Program-made: the position numbers and the translations under genes
Assembly: GCA_001643675.2 (NCBI GenBank)
Contig: LSRY02000034.1
Location: forward strand, 744,001-808,000
Direction of reading: 5' to 3'
Source: Monocercomonoides exilis PA203
Lineage: Eukaryota > Protista > Preaxostyla
Length of the DNA stretch: 64,000 nucleotides
Shown: piece after piece, positions 52,281-64,000 of the stretch
How positions within the stretch are numbered: position 1 is the stretch's first letter
Layout: every line of letters begins with the position of its first letter
Notes under the pieces: generated by a model
Database searches by the model: none
What the model was told of the DNA's origin: nothing
Seen by the model: only the letters and a program-made list of their open reading frames with translations

Positions 52281-54818
52281 ATGGGAAATGATATTGATTC
52301 AATGAGCAATTGTGCATCTGACAGTTCTGAAATGAGCAGTTCGACAGAAAATAGCGGAACTTTGGGAGATGAAGATGAAATCACAGAGGCAATGCGACAT
52401 ATCATCAATACCAAAACAGAACCACCAGAATGGTTGAGGCACGATGTTACTCTTTCAGATGATAACGGACGGACAATGGCAATGCATTGGATACGGAAAG
52501 TCAAGACAGAACCACCCAAGTGGATGAGACATGACAAAAAACTTGCAGATAGGAAAGGACAGACAATGGCCATGTACTGGATTGAATATGTGAAGACTGA
52601 ACCACCAGAATGGATGAGACATGACAAAAAACTAACTGATGAGGACGAAAAGACAATGGCCATGTACTGGATTCGACATGTCAAAACAGAGCCACCCAAG
52701 TGGATGAGGCATGACAAAAAACTTGCTGATAAGGATGGAGTGACAATGGCCATGCACTGGATTGAATATGTGAAGACAGAACCACCACATTGGATGAGAC
52801 ATGACAAAACACTTGCAGATAGGAAAAAACAGACAATGGCTATGATATGGATAGAAAATGTGAAAACAGAGCCACCAGTATGTATGAGACACGAGATCAC
52901 TCTTGCGGATAAATATGGACATACAATGGCAATGCATTGGATTGCAGAAGTCAAAACAGAGCCTCCAGAGTGGATGAGACATGATATTAAACTTGCTGAT
53001 AACAAAGGAAGAACAATGGTTATGATATGGATTGAAAATATCAAAATAGATCCTCCGGAATGGATGAGATACGACATCACACGTGAAAAAGGAGAAAGTG
53101 GTACAATGGCCATGTTATGGTTACGGAAAGTTAAGATAGAACCGCCTAAATGGATGAATTATGAAAATACGATTAGAGACAAAAAAAAAAGAACAGATGC
53201 AATGAATTGGATTATGGAAAATAAAAATGAACCGCCAGAATGGATGAGACATGACAAAAAATTAACTGATGACGAAGAAACGACAATGGCCATGCACTGG
53301 ATTGAATATGTGAAGACAGAACCACCAGAATGGATGAGACACGATATAACAATTAAAGGTGGTTGGAGAAAACGGACGATGGCAATGCATTGGATCAAAT
53401 ATGTGAAGACAGAGCCTCCTGAATGGATGAGACACGATATAGATCTTGGTGATGAGTATGGTGAAACAATGGCCATGTACTGGATTGAAAATGTCAAAAC
53501 AGAACCACCAGAATGGATGAGACATGATATTACTCTTGCTGATAGTAATAAACAGACAATGGCCATGTTGTGGGTACGGAAAGTTGAGACAGAGCTGCCA
53601 GAGTGGATGGATTATGATAATACGCTTCGTGACGATAATGGAAAAACAGAAGCAATGCGTTGGATTGTTATGAATAAAACTGAACCACCAGAAAGGATGA
53701 GGCATGATATAACACTTGTTGATAGAAAAGGAAGAACAATGGCCATGATATGGATTGAATGTGTTCAAGCAGAACCACCAGAGTGGATGAGACACGATAT
53801 AACATTTGGAAATAAGAATGGAAAGACAATGGCAATGTTTTGGATTGCGAATGTCAAGACAAATCCACCAGAATGGATAAGGCACGACATTAATATTAAA
53901 GGTGGTTGGAGAAAAAGGACAATGGCTATGAAATGGATTAAAAATGTGAAGACTGAACCACCAGAATGGATGAGACACGATAATACTCTTGTTGATAAAG
54001 AAGGACAGACAATGGTCATGCTTTGGATTGAATATGTGAATACAGAAACACCGGAATGGATGAGGCATAACATTACTCTTGCTGATAACAGAGGAAGAAC
54101 AATGGCCATGCTCTGGGTTGAATATGTCAATACGGAACCACCAGAGTGGATGAGACATGACAAAAAACTTACTGATGAGGACGAAAAGACAATGGCCATG
54201 TACTGGATTGAATATGTGAAGACAGAACCACCTAAGTGGATGAGACACGATATCACAATAAAAGGAGGTATTGGGGAACGAACAATGGCCATGTGCTGGA
54301 TTGAAAATGTAAAGACAGAACCACCAGAATGGATGAGACATGACAAAAAACTTGCAGATAGGAAAGGACAGACAATGGCCATGTACTGGATTGAATATGT
54401 GAAGACTGAACCACCAGAATGGATGAGACATGACAAAAAACTAACTGATGAGGACGAAAAGACAATGGCCATGTACTGGATTCGACATGTCAAAACAGAG
54501 CCACCCAAGTGGATGAGGCATGACAAAAAACTAACTGATGAAGAAGGAACGACAATGGCCATGTACTGGATTGAATATGTGAAGACAGAACCACCTAAGT
54601 GGATGAGACATGACAAAAAATTTTATTGTAAGGATGGAGTGACAATGGTAATAATCTGGATTATTTTTGTGAAAACAGAGCCACCCAAGTGGATGACATA
54701 TGATGTTACACTTGCTGATGAAGAAGGACAGGCAATGGCCACGTTATGGGATATATTTGTCAAAACAGAACCACCAGAATGGATGAGACATGACAAAAAA
54801 CTTACTGATGATGAGTGA
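52281..54818 (+). CDS. 845-aa tandem-repeat protein: ~26.6 units of 30 (occasionally 31) aa, consensus KTEPPEWMRHDxxLxDxxGxTMAMxWIxxV; ankyrin-like hairpin motif
   Basis: Uninterrupted ORF with a 90-nt period and synonymous variation among units, preceded by an acidic ~45-aa leader. Confidence 0.88.
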   Translation: MGNDIDSMSNCASDSSEMSSSTENSGTLGDEDEITEAMRHIINTKTEPPEWLRHDVTLSDDNGRTMAMHWIRKVKTEPPKWMRHDKKLADRKGQTMAMYWIEYVKTEPPEWMRHDKKLTDEDEKTMAMYWIRHVKTEPPKWMRHDKKLADKDGVTMAMHWIEYVKTEPPHWMRHDKTLADRKKQTMAMIWIENVKTEPPVCMRHEITLADKYGHTMAMHWIAEVKTEPPEWMRHDIKLADNKGRTMVMIWIENIKIDPPEWMRYDITREKGESGTMAMLWLRKVKIEPPKWMNYENTIRDKKKRTDAMNWIMENKNEPPEWMRHDKKLTDDEETTMAMHWIEYVKTEPPEWMRHDITIKGGWRKRTMAMHWIKYVKTEPPEWMRHDIDLGDEYGETMAMYWIENVKTEPPEWMRHDITLADSNKQTMAMLWVRKVETELPEWMDYDNTLRDDNGKTEAMRWIVMNKTEPPERMRHDITLVDRKGRTMAMIWIECVQAEPPEWMRHDITFGNKNGKTMAMFWIANVKTNPPEWIRHDINIKGGWRKRTMAMKWIKNVKTEPPEWMRHDNTLVDKEGQTMVMLWIEYVNTETPEWMRHNITLADNRGRTMAMLWVEYVNTEPPEWMRHDKKLTDEDEKTMAMYWIEYVKTEPPKWMRHDITIKGGIGERTMAMCWIENVKTEPPEWMRHDKKLADRKGQTMAMYWIEYVKTEPPEWMRHDKKLTDEDEKTMAMYWIRHVKTEPPKWMRHDKKLTDEEGTTMAMYWIEYVKTEPPKWMRHDKKFYCKDGVTMVIIWIIFVKTEPPKWMTYDVTLADEEGQAMATLWDIFVKTEPPEWMRHDKKLTDDE

Positions 54819-55414
54819 GACGCAACTGTTTATTATTGAAAAGCACTGCTTAGATAGAACAACCATCATGGATGAAGGTCGATAAATCATCATAAATGCA
54901 AAAGAGTGTCTCTTTGGAAATGAAATTCGTTTTTTGAACTTCAACAAATCAACATTTCACTGCATGTCTGAACAAAAACCTTTGCCACTCATGAGATGAA
55001 ATGTTTGACGTTGGAATGTTCTTTCTTTCTTTCTTGAATTGATTTTCACTTTTTCGATGGATATTTTTACATGCTTCAAGACACATTCATTTTTGAATAT
55101 CTCCTTTTGCTTTTTCATTGATTTGATGTCTTCTGCCCAAATGTGTGAATCATTTCACTTTTTGTATTTTAATTTTCTCAGATTCATCAAATATGTCGAT
55201 TTTCTTTGTAATTGTAATATCCGCATGCACAAGTCGATTGATTCAAATGAAACTATTTTTTTCAATCAATTCCATTTCACAATATTAACTGATATCGTAA
55301 AATCGATTTTTTTCTTTCAAAAAATCATTCAAAAAATCAGAAGAAAGGCAAGAAGCGAGATGATAGGTTGAGAATTAATAATGATTAACAATCTTTTTCA
55401 AACTGTAATTTTGA

Positions 55415-56095
55415 GTGTTAAAGAAGGTTGATGAGAAAGAAGAGACAAGGAAGAGATTACCATCTATCTCATCAACTTCAACAGCAAAAACAGAATTAAC
55501 ATTTGTTCAATCTGAGAGTCTGCGTCCAACAATTTCATCGATGTCTTACTTACTGGCTGCAACGGCCTGTTCTTCGCCACATGAGAAGCTGATTGTGGAT
55601 CTGAGGGATTCGTTGTTCATGCTGCTTCATGGGCTGAATAAGACAAAAGAGATGGCGATTGGGACTCTGCAGGAGAGGGAGATGACAGCTGCGCAGATCC
55701 TGTTCTGGGTGGCTAATCTCGCACTCCATTCATTTGACGAAATGGAGAATCCTCTCTCTTCTCTTGCCAATCTCGGCCCGCACATTGTGCTGTTCTCAGA
55801 GCATATGGTGATCTGCATTGTCATGCACTCAGAGCTTTAATCAGATGACTCTGATTCATCATCCATCTCATCGTCAACTGTTGTGACATCTGTCAGTGAT
55901 GATGATGAAAGTGACTCCCTTCCCTCATCGGCATTTGAGGATGAAGATGATGATTTGAAGGAATGCCTCAGATGGAAAGCACCTGAGCTGATGATCAACA
56001 AGAAGATGGAGCAACAAAAGAGTCAGTTGCCTTTTCTGTTGAAATTATACACTGTGTCTGAGGTTAAAGATCCCATCAAAAGAGCAGGAAAATAA
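55415..56095 (+). pseudogene. Fragment of the cytoplasmic pseudokinase region, paralogous to ~28200-28850
   Basis: Near-identical ACSSPHEKLIVDLRDSLFMLLHG...ILFWVANLALHSFDEMENPL...ECLRWKAPEL; internal stop at 55838-40; no ectodomain or TM. Confidence 0.88.
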
Positions 56096-57336
56096 TTGAG
56101 AAGATGGATGAAGCAAAAAGCGGTTAAGTTATCTTCACTTTGAAGCTTCATTGATAACTGAATTCACAACCATTCGCAAATTGTGTGTAGAATGTTAATG
56201 CTCGAACAGAGTTCTTTCAGCAATTCGTATCATGCATTTTATTGATTTCGCTCTCGCTTGTTACAGATCGTAAAACATCTGTTGATCGCTCAGCCATAAA
56301 ACTGATTCAGCAAGCTTATTTTCAGTGAAAGTGAAATTGTGCTTGCAAAGAAAGAGGAGAAGTTGCAAAAACATGCTATGAAGAGATTGATGAACAGAAT
56401 GAAGAATTTGGCTTGAAATCTGATTTTTCTGTTAAATTACTTTCCACAGTTTGAGCTTTTTAATAGAATCACCAATCCATGGTTTGCAAGAAGCCTATTT
56501 CGCATCTTAACGTTCAATACTCGAAATCTTCCTCAATTCATTGTCAGTTTCCAAAGTTATCTTTCACTTCATTCCTCATTTGTCAGAAGAACGCATTCCC
56601 AGAGGATGATAAAAAAGCAGAAAAACGAACACACTATATGTCAGATCACAATCAAGAATTCGATCTTTGAACATGAAAAGATCATTCCATAAATGAAGCA
56701 GTATCAATGGCTGAAAGGTTGCTGAAGTTCAGAAACGCAAGGTATTGGAGTTGAAGATGATGGAAGCTGTGTGAATATTGAAGAGTTGCTCGAAAATTGA
56801 TGCTCGAAGCTTTGCGATTTTAAAAAACTTGTTGGAGAATGAATGAAGAAGATGAGAAACCATCGAAGAAAGAGAATGACTTGTATTTTCTTTTGTTCGA
56901 AGCGACGACTTTGAAAGAGTTGAGCAGAAAGGAATTTGAAGTCTGATTAATTTGCACATTTGGCAAAAAAACAGATGAAGTGATTGTTTCTATCAGCATA
57001 AAAATTGAAGAATTTGGTTATTTCTCTTTCGTATTTTGTATTCTCATCGGCTTCTCTGTTTGCCACTTTCCGTCGAAAAAACTTCTTGTTGCATTACCTT
57101 TGTATCCATTGGTATATTCTGCTTCTTTTTCCTCCTCCTCTTCTTCTTCTTTCATCCCAATAAACAAAAAATGAACCAGAAACCTCCTTTATCTTCCGTG
57201 CATTCATAAGTTAAGCCTGATAAAAATATTCAACCAAATTGCAACATTATTTCAGCAAGGCAACATTTCTGTATCAGATCGTATTTTTGTCAAGCGCATA
57301 GAAATTCACATATAAATTAAATAGTTTGCTCAGATT

Positions 57337-60073
57337 ATGATTGAAGCACATCTCCCCGCGAGTGTTGTGGATGTGCACCGCCACAACACGGAAAATGCAA
57401 TTCTGTGGAAAGAGCTGTCTTTGAACCAGCTGAGCTACGCGTTTACCAGCGGGCTCACTCCGCCGACGAGACATTTAACCGTGACGATTGCCTGCTCTTC
57501 ATGGAGGCTGGTATGCGCTTGCTGTGGAATCTGCTGAATATGCCTTTCAATTTGGGTGCTGCTCCGCCGGGAAGCAAAGACACAGAGGTATTTGTGTGTG
57601 TACAGAGCAATGTGAAAATATCCAATTGATTGACGAATACAATTTTTCAAATTTTAATGTGAGGGCTGAGCATTGGGTGGAAGAGAGAGATCTGAGGAAG
57701 GGGATGATGCATCAGATGGGAGGGATGGGTCTGGGTGGAAATGGAGGTGGGGGAGAAGGAGGAAAAAATGATGATGATAACAACGGAGGAGACGGAAGTG
57801 GTGGAAAACAAGGAGGAGCCAACGGAGTTGGAATGAGTGCCATTTCGATTGAGCCGCGTGAGGGACATCTTGAGACAGGAGAAGAATGCGTAGTGAGATT
57901 TTCGTGCAACCACCACAGCGAGGGAATGCACCAGACATCGTTCATCTGGCAGCTGCTGGGCGGCGGGAAGCAAGTTGTTTTGGAGATCGCGTGCCAGACG
58001 CTGAGTCCAATTGATGAGCATGTTGTGTTTGAGAGTGGACGAGGCGCAGAGGCGACGGCGATGCACTTTCTGGAGCAGGTGCCCATCGGAGAGATGGATG
58101 CACAGATGCAGTCGATCGTGCTGCGGAACGAAGGCTGGACGAGCATCGACTACAGACTCGACCTGTCTGATGTGGAGAGGCTGAATGCATCTGCATCTGA
58201 TTTCCCTCTGTTTGAGTGCCCTGTAACGAGGGGGATTGTGCCAGCATATGGAAAGCAGACGATATACTGGCGCTTCCGTCCGCTGATGCAAAGAGGTTAT
58301 TTGGTAAGGATTCCGATCAAGCTGGGAAGCAGGTACAGTTCGATGAGTGTGATGAATGCAAATGTTGGAGGAGGAGCAGGGGGAGGAGATGGGAATGTGA
58401 ATGGAACGAATCATTCACCATCATCCAACAATGGAATAGGTATGGGTGTTGGTGGAGCACAAGGAGGAGCACAAGGAGCAGCCGGAGGAGGAAGTGATGG
58501 AACAGAAGGCATCACACACACGGAAACAGTTCTGCAAGCGCTGCTGACAGGAGACGGTTTCATCGCGAAGGAAGGAGCAGAGCCACTTGTGGATGAGAAA
58601 AAGACAACAATTCCAGCTCCTCTTTCTCCACTGCCTGGCCAGCTGTGCTTATTGTCACATGAGCGAATTGGCTTTGGGAGCGTGGCGGGTGGGAGCATCG
58701 AGCGGAGGCTGGTGTGTCTGGTGTGTCCGCGTGTGAGGAGACACCCTGCACTGCAGAAGAGGGCGTATGAGAAAGGAGAGAAGAGAGGCATCCTGTTTGA
58801 CTGGGAAGAGAGCCATCCGCTGATCAAGTCGCAGGTTGTAACGATTCGGCCGATCAGAGGAGAGATTGCAGAAGGAGAGAGATGTGTGTGTGTTGTGGAG
58901 CTGCATGCACCGATAGCTGCTCAAGTTGTGGATACTTCACTTCAGTGCAACATCAGAAAAGCAATCTTCACTTCCTCCATCTCGAATTCTTCAATTGCGA
59001 ATCAGAATTCTTCATCGTCTTCTTCCATTAATGGTGTTGGTGCAAGTTCAGAAGTTAATCAAATCTTTTCTTATCATCGTTTCCCTTCAGCACGTCGTTC
59101 ATCTTCTGTGAATGGTACTTCTTCTTCTTCCTCTTCTGTTGTTGCATCCAACTTTAACTCAGGCAGCATTGATGATCACTCCACCGTCGCCTCACTCTCC
59201 ACGCAGCACTCTCAACTGGGAAAAATCAAAGGACTTCCTTCTTCTTCGTATCCTGTGCCTTCTCAATCTTCATCTTCCTCCTCACTGGCAATTGCCCCGC
59301 ATTAGCCAAGCATCCACAAGCAGCCACCGAGAGTGAGTGTCATTGAGCGCATGACGAAATCCCGGGGCATTCAAATAGCCACACGACTTGAGCAGTTCCG
59401 CCCTGTCCTTGAAAAAGCGAGAAACGAAGAGAACCAGTTTCTGTTGGCGCTGGCGAGGCAGCCTGTTGATCCTCTTTCAGCAGCTGCTGCGTCAACACTG
59501 CAGTCACGAACATTGGCCAGTGGCATTCCTCTCAATGAAACCACGAAGCAGGCACTGGAGATAGCAGCACAGGCAAAAGAGGAGCAGAAGATCAGGATTT
59601 TGCAAAAGGAGAAGGAGAAAGAAGCGTTCAGGATGTATAACCTCACCCCAACGACGTCTGCCACGAAAGGAACAACAAGAAAGAACAAAGGGAACTTGGG
59701 TCCGCTGAGAGAGTCGCGAAGCAGCAGTGCTGGAGGAAGGAGGATGACTGATGCAGATGAAGTGAGCGGAGTGAATGTGTCTCTTCCTCCCTTGTTGAAT
59801 CCGTCTTCTGGCTCTTCTTCTGGTTCAGGTTCAGTTTCAGTTCCATTGTATTCTCAGCAGGGAATAGCACAACAGGGGTCTATGCAATCACAGGGGATTC
59901 AGGGAATTCAAGGGCTTATTCCAACTGGAGCAATGAACAAGCAAGGCAGCGCAGTTCGTCTGCCTCCTTTGGGGATGCAAGAGCCAAATGAAGGGGGAAG
60001 AGTACATGAAGGGCGGATGTCGTCGAAGAAGGAGAAGTTTAGTGGGTTTGATTGGCTGCAGGATTTGGATTGA
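57337..60073 (+). pseudogene. CFAP65/CCDC108-like ciliary protein (Ig-like domains), 5'-truncated and frameshifted
   Basis: LWKELSLNQL, FNLGAAP, ISIEPREGHLETGE, QVPIG...QSIVLRNEG...DFPLFEC...G.VP...WRFRPL...Y.V.IPI match the CFAP65 central region as recalled. Frame changes near 57480, 57620 and 59300. Confidence 0.65.
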
Positions 60074-61260
60074 GATGATTTGGATGGAGGGATGAGGGGG
60101 ATGCTTGGTGAAGGAGAGGAAAACAGAGAATGGGATGACAGTTTCAGAGAGCCAGACCAGAAGATATTTTTGAGAGTGCCATTCAAAAGCAGCTCGGTTG
60201 CCCTGTTTTCAGAGTTGCACGAGGCTTCTTCTCTCTTGTGGTTACTTCTGTTTCTGCCGCAGCTCAGTGCAAATAGAAATGGAGCTATTTCTTCTGTTTC
60301 TGCTTCATCATCTTTATCTTCTGATTCTTCTTCTTCTTCTATAAAGTCGTCGTCGTCTTTTTCGTATTCTTTGTCTTCTTCTTCTTCTTCTTCTTCATTT
60401 ACAGCAGTTCTCAGGCTTGCTTTACTATTCCGGAGGAGGAAAAGCTTAGAGAATTCAGCATGGGATGAGCAGTTGTCATCATCTTCATTCAACGCTCTTG
60501 AAATTGACCCTTCAGATGCGTCTGTCATGGTGGTGTCATCTGCATCGCATCAGCTATGAACAACATCGAGATGCGGCTGGGGTGTATGAAAATCACAAGA
60601 AGTCGTAACTGAGGGATATAACGTAGCGTGACATAGCTGGTTGCATTGCGTGGAGGTGTTGCGCGTGCATTCGATGTGGTGCTTTCGGTGATGCTTTCAG
60701 TTCCGCTGGTGGGATCGCTTCCGTCATTTGCAGCATAGGTTGGTGTGAAGCCTGGGGGTACTCGGATCTTTGCGGCGGCAGTTGTGAATGCGTTCCCCTC
60801 GATCTACGATCTATTTGACTTGTCGCAGCTGTTGCGATCGTCGCAATTGAAATGTTTGTGGTGAAGCTGGACGAGAAAGTGATGTGGCGAAAGATTGCAG
60901 TGTGTGTGAAGTGGGGGAGATTGTGGAGAAAGGGACTGGAGGTGTTTTGGCTGAGGATGGAAGATGTGGTTCTGTTGCCTGAGGAGATTACGTTGGCGGT
61001 GCTGAAAGAAAGAAAAGAAGAAGAAGAAGTGGGAAAAGGAGGATGAGAAGAAATGCACGAAGGAGAAATAGCATAGTAGATGAGAAAGACGAATGTGATG
61101 CTTTGATAGCGCTGGTCAAAAACTGTTTCTGTTTGGAAAAAAAAACATGTAAAGACGAAAATTCGGAGAAAGAAAGAAAGAAAAAGAAATAGAGTGAAAA
61201 AGAAACAGATAAGAATATAGAGAAAATAAACAAGATAAAGAAGATAAAGAAAATGAAAAA

Positions 61261-61342
61261 GATTGAGAAGATGGAGAAGATGGAGAAGATGGAGAAGATG
61301 GAGAAGATGGAGAAGATGGAGAAGATGGAGAAGATGGAGAAG
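61261..61342 (+). repeat. 9-bp minisatellite (GATGGAGAA) x ~9
   Basis: Direct tandem copies, reading (MEK)n. Confidence 0.9.
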
Positions 61343-64000
61343 GAAAAAGAGATAACAGAGGAAGAGCAGATACAGAATGCATATGAGCAACTTATGATTT
61401 CGTTGCATTGTTCAAGCTTTGAAGAAATTGACAGAGATGCATGTGGGAGATGGTTGGTAATATGCTTGTAAAGGTAATGAAAAATGCACTAATAAAATCG
61501 AATGCATTTCTGGAGAGAAGAAGAAGTCGAGTTGCACAGTTTTTGATTGCGAAAAGGAGGAAGACAGAAAATTTTCACCTTTTTGTTGATGAGAATGAAC
61601 AATTTTTGATGAGCGAAGGAGATTTTTGAGAAATTTCATCAGCCACACTGTTGTCATTCCAGTGGATGTTGTATCTTCTTCAGTGAGGAATCGAGATTGC
61701 CTCACGAAACTGTCTCCTTCGACGCAGCACAGCACTGTCATTTTGCCCACAAGCGCTCTGCTTTCTTGATCTTCATTTTTTTAATGAAATTGTTGAAAGT
61801 TGACAAGCTTCTGGCCTCTTCGAGTGCAGCATGCCAATCAGTTTTCACAAATGCAGCCAGCACCCTCATCGGGAGATGATCCCCTCTGTAGTCATCTGCT
61901 TCCCCTGAAATTGCATTAAATATTCTCCTCTTTCTCTTCCACATGCCAACGAGCAGCTTTGTGATTGTTCTTTCTGTCTCATCAAAGACTCGCTTGAATA
62001 GCTTAAATTACATTTCGTTTGAAGAAGAGAACAAAAACAATGAATCTGTAGAGATCTTCTCAATCCTGTTCTAAATTACCGTCTTCAACGCTCCATCAAA
62101 AAAACATTAATAAATTCAACGGAGAAAATGCTATTTCCGTTGAGCGAGCTCATCCAGTAAACACGCTATGACTGCTAACAACCATCTCTTCTGGTTCAGT
62201 TGCTTCAAATAGATTTGAGGCTTGTTCGTTTAGGTGGATCGAGTCATGCCAAATAGCAATGTCTCAAATGGATTGAACGCAATCGACACGGATGAAAGTG
62301 ACAAATAAGATGCTTCTTATTCGGTTTTGATCGTCTATCCAAATAAATTTTAACCAAAAATTGAAATTGCATTTTAGCTGAAATCAAAATTTGTTGTCTC
62401 CTTTATCGTTCCTGCTAGAACCTTAAAATTAGCCTCTGAATCAACAATCTGCAGAGTGAGGCAGTGACTGATCGCGTTGTATGGATGACTTTCATGAAGA
62501 CCACTCGTAAACATATCTTTCTCACATGATTGTGTTTCAGAAGAAGAAACAAATCTGTCACTTCAAAGACATTCGCTTTCACCTGTAATAAAATAACTGT
62601 ATATGGACTAACTCTATGCTCTGTTTGTCTTGTGGAATAACAGTTTTGATCAATGCCATTTTCAAAAGAATTGCATCGTTGAATATTATATTCTCCTTTT
62701 AGGTATGTATTATTATCGAAAAATCAGAAAAATTTCAATGTTCCGTTGATACAGCAAGAAATTTGTAAATAAACTGTTTCGCTTCCGAAAACCAAATTGC
62801 TGTAACAAAATAGACAAATCGATATAATAACCTGATCTGTGCAATTCATATGCTGAATGGAGCTTCCTGTACAATAAGACGATCGATTTAAATGGAAGTT
62901 CTTTAAAAAATGAATTGATAAAGCACCGATTTCGCTTTTGAGTTTCTGTAAAAGGGAGGTCAACTGCTCCACCATCACTGCTAGAAGAACAGCTTGGAAA
63001 AGAAAAGTTGCCAATCTGTTGCTTTTCCACTTTCCATTCAAGAGGAAATAGTCTAACGATAGCACATCCGGTCTGTAATGATTGAATTTCTCAACTTGAT
63101 CAGATTGTTGCAATCGGATGATAATAAGAGGCTGGACGAATAAATATTCATTTTTTTGATCAATTTCTTATCAGTGAAGGAGATTGACCAATTTTGTAAA
63201 TGAAACTGAGACGGCGATTTTTGTAAAGAAGCAAAGGAATCCAGTGAAACACTGAACTTTTCTGTCATTACCATAAATGATTATGACAAATGTTCATCTG
63301 CAAATATTTTTATTAGAATTTAATAAAGGCATAATCTCAAAAATGCAATAATAATGATTGAAGAGTCTCTGGCTTCCATTTTTTCTCCAGCAAATATAAT
63401 TTTCTCAAAAAAAGAATTGTTGTTTGTTTTAGAGGGAAACTGTGATTCATTTGAACTGTCTTGACCAAAATTAATACAATTATTATTATTAAAAATATTG
63501 GAGGGATACCTTGTCTTCTCGAAATGTAAATTTCTCAAATATCTTATAATTTAAATGTCTTTTCCAGGGGCAAACATTACATAGAACAATAAATGCAATT
63601 TCATTGGGAAAATCCTTTTATTTTCAAACTGATCACAAAGACCATTTGGAAAATAACTTCAATTATTTTTGGTACTTTCCCAATAGGTGGACATAACCCT
63701 TAATAAATATATTTTTCTGTGAAAATCATAATAATTGTGATTTTAAAGTTTGTTTATAAACTGCTTAACATATTGCAAATAGCTCTAATAATCACTTTGT
63801 TAAGTATTTTTTGATGATTTTCAATATTGTGATCTTTAAAATGAAAATATCTTAGGGTTTGAGTTGATAAAAGTGCAACTGAAGTGTGTGAATATTTGTT
63901 CATGTTTGCATAAAGATGTTTCATTTGGGTAATTTAGGTTTTTAGGGTTTTTATTAAGAAAGTTATAACCTAAAAAAAATTACTGTTTAGGGTAATGTCC

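Noticed and set aside
52169-54616. Long antisense ORFs over the repeat gene
   Set aside because: Shadow of a 90-nt repeat lacking antisense stops; they are broken in places while the plus frame is continuous.
52400-54818. CRISPR-like repeat/spacer appearance
   Set aside because: The units are in-frame coding repeats with synonymous variation; the variable parts are mutually homologous, and there are no cas genes in this eukaryotic context.
61600-62100. Possible Mutator-like transposase relic on the minus strand (ERLWAK...)
   Set aside because: Too short and degenerate; no catalytic motif or TIR found.
63850-64000. TTAGGG/TTTAGGG motifs as telomere (also ~8415-8480)
   Set aside because: Only scattered single copies, no tandem array.

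Overview
AT-rich eukaryotic genomic DNA using the standard genetic code, with short GT(TTG)-AG introns. The gene families and intron style suggest an oxymonad such as Monocercomonoides (inference, not verified). The left half holds beta-tubulin, two predicted surface proteins, a Cdc20/Fizzy-type WD40 gene and a three-module calcyphosine-like EF-hand gene. The last two are greatly inflated by poly-Ser/Glu insertions. The right half is rich in pseudogenes and mobile DNA. It contains a ~10 kb disrupted receptor-pseudokinase gene, two unrelated ~1 kb foldback elements, a family of ~258 bp MITEs with 4-bp target duplications, a truncated DIRS-like retrotransposon, a 27 x 30-aa tandem-repeat protein and a CFAP65-like fragment. 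The most unusual structure is a 4.64 kb element (40131-44770). Its ~1.1 kb inverted arms each carry a Merlin/IS1595-like transposase N-terminal remnant, a small basic ORF and iteron-like repeats, and they enclose a decayed Prim-Pol + SF3 (D5-like) primase-helicase gene. All family calls come from motif recognition by eye; no database searches were run.
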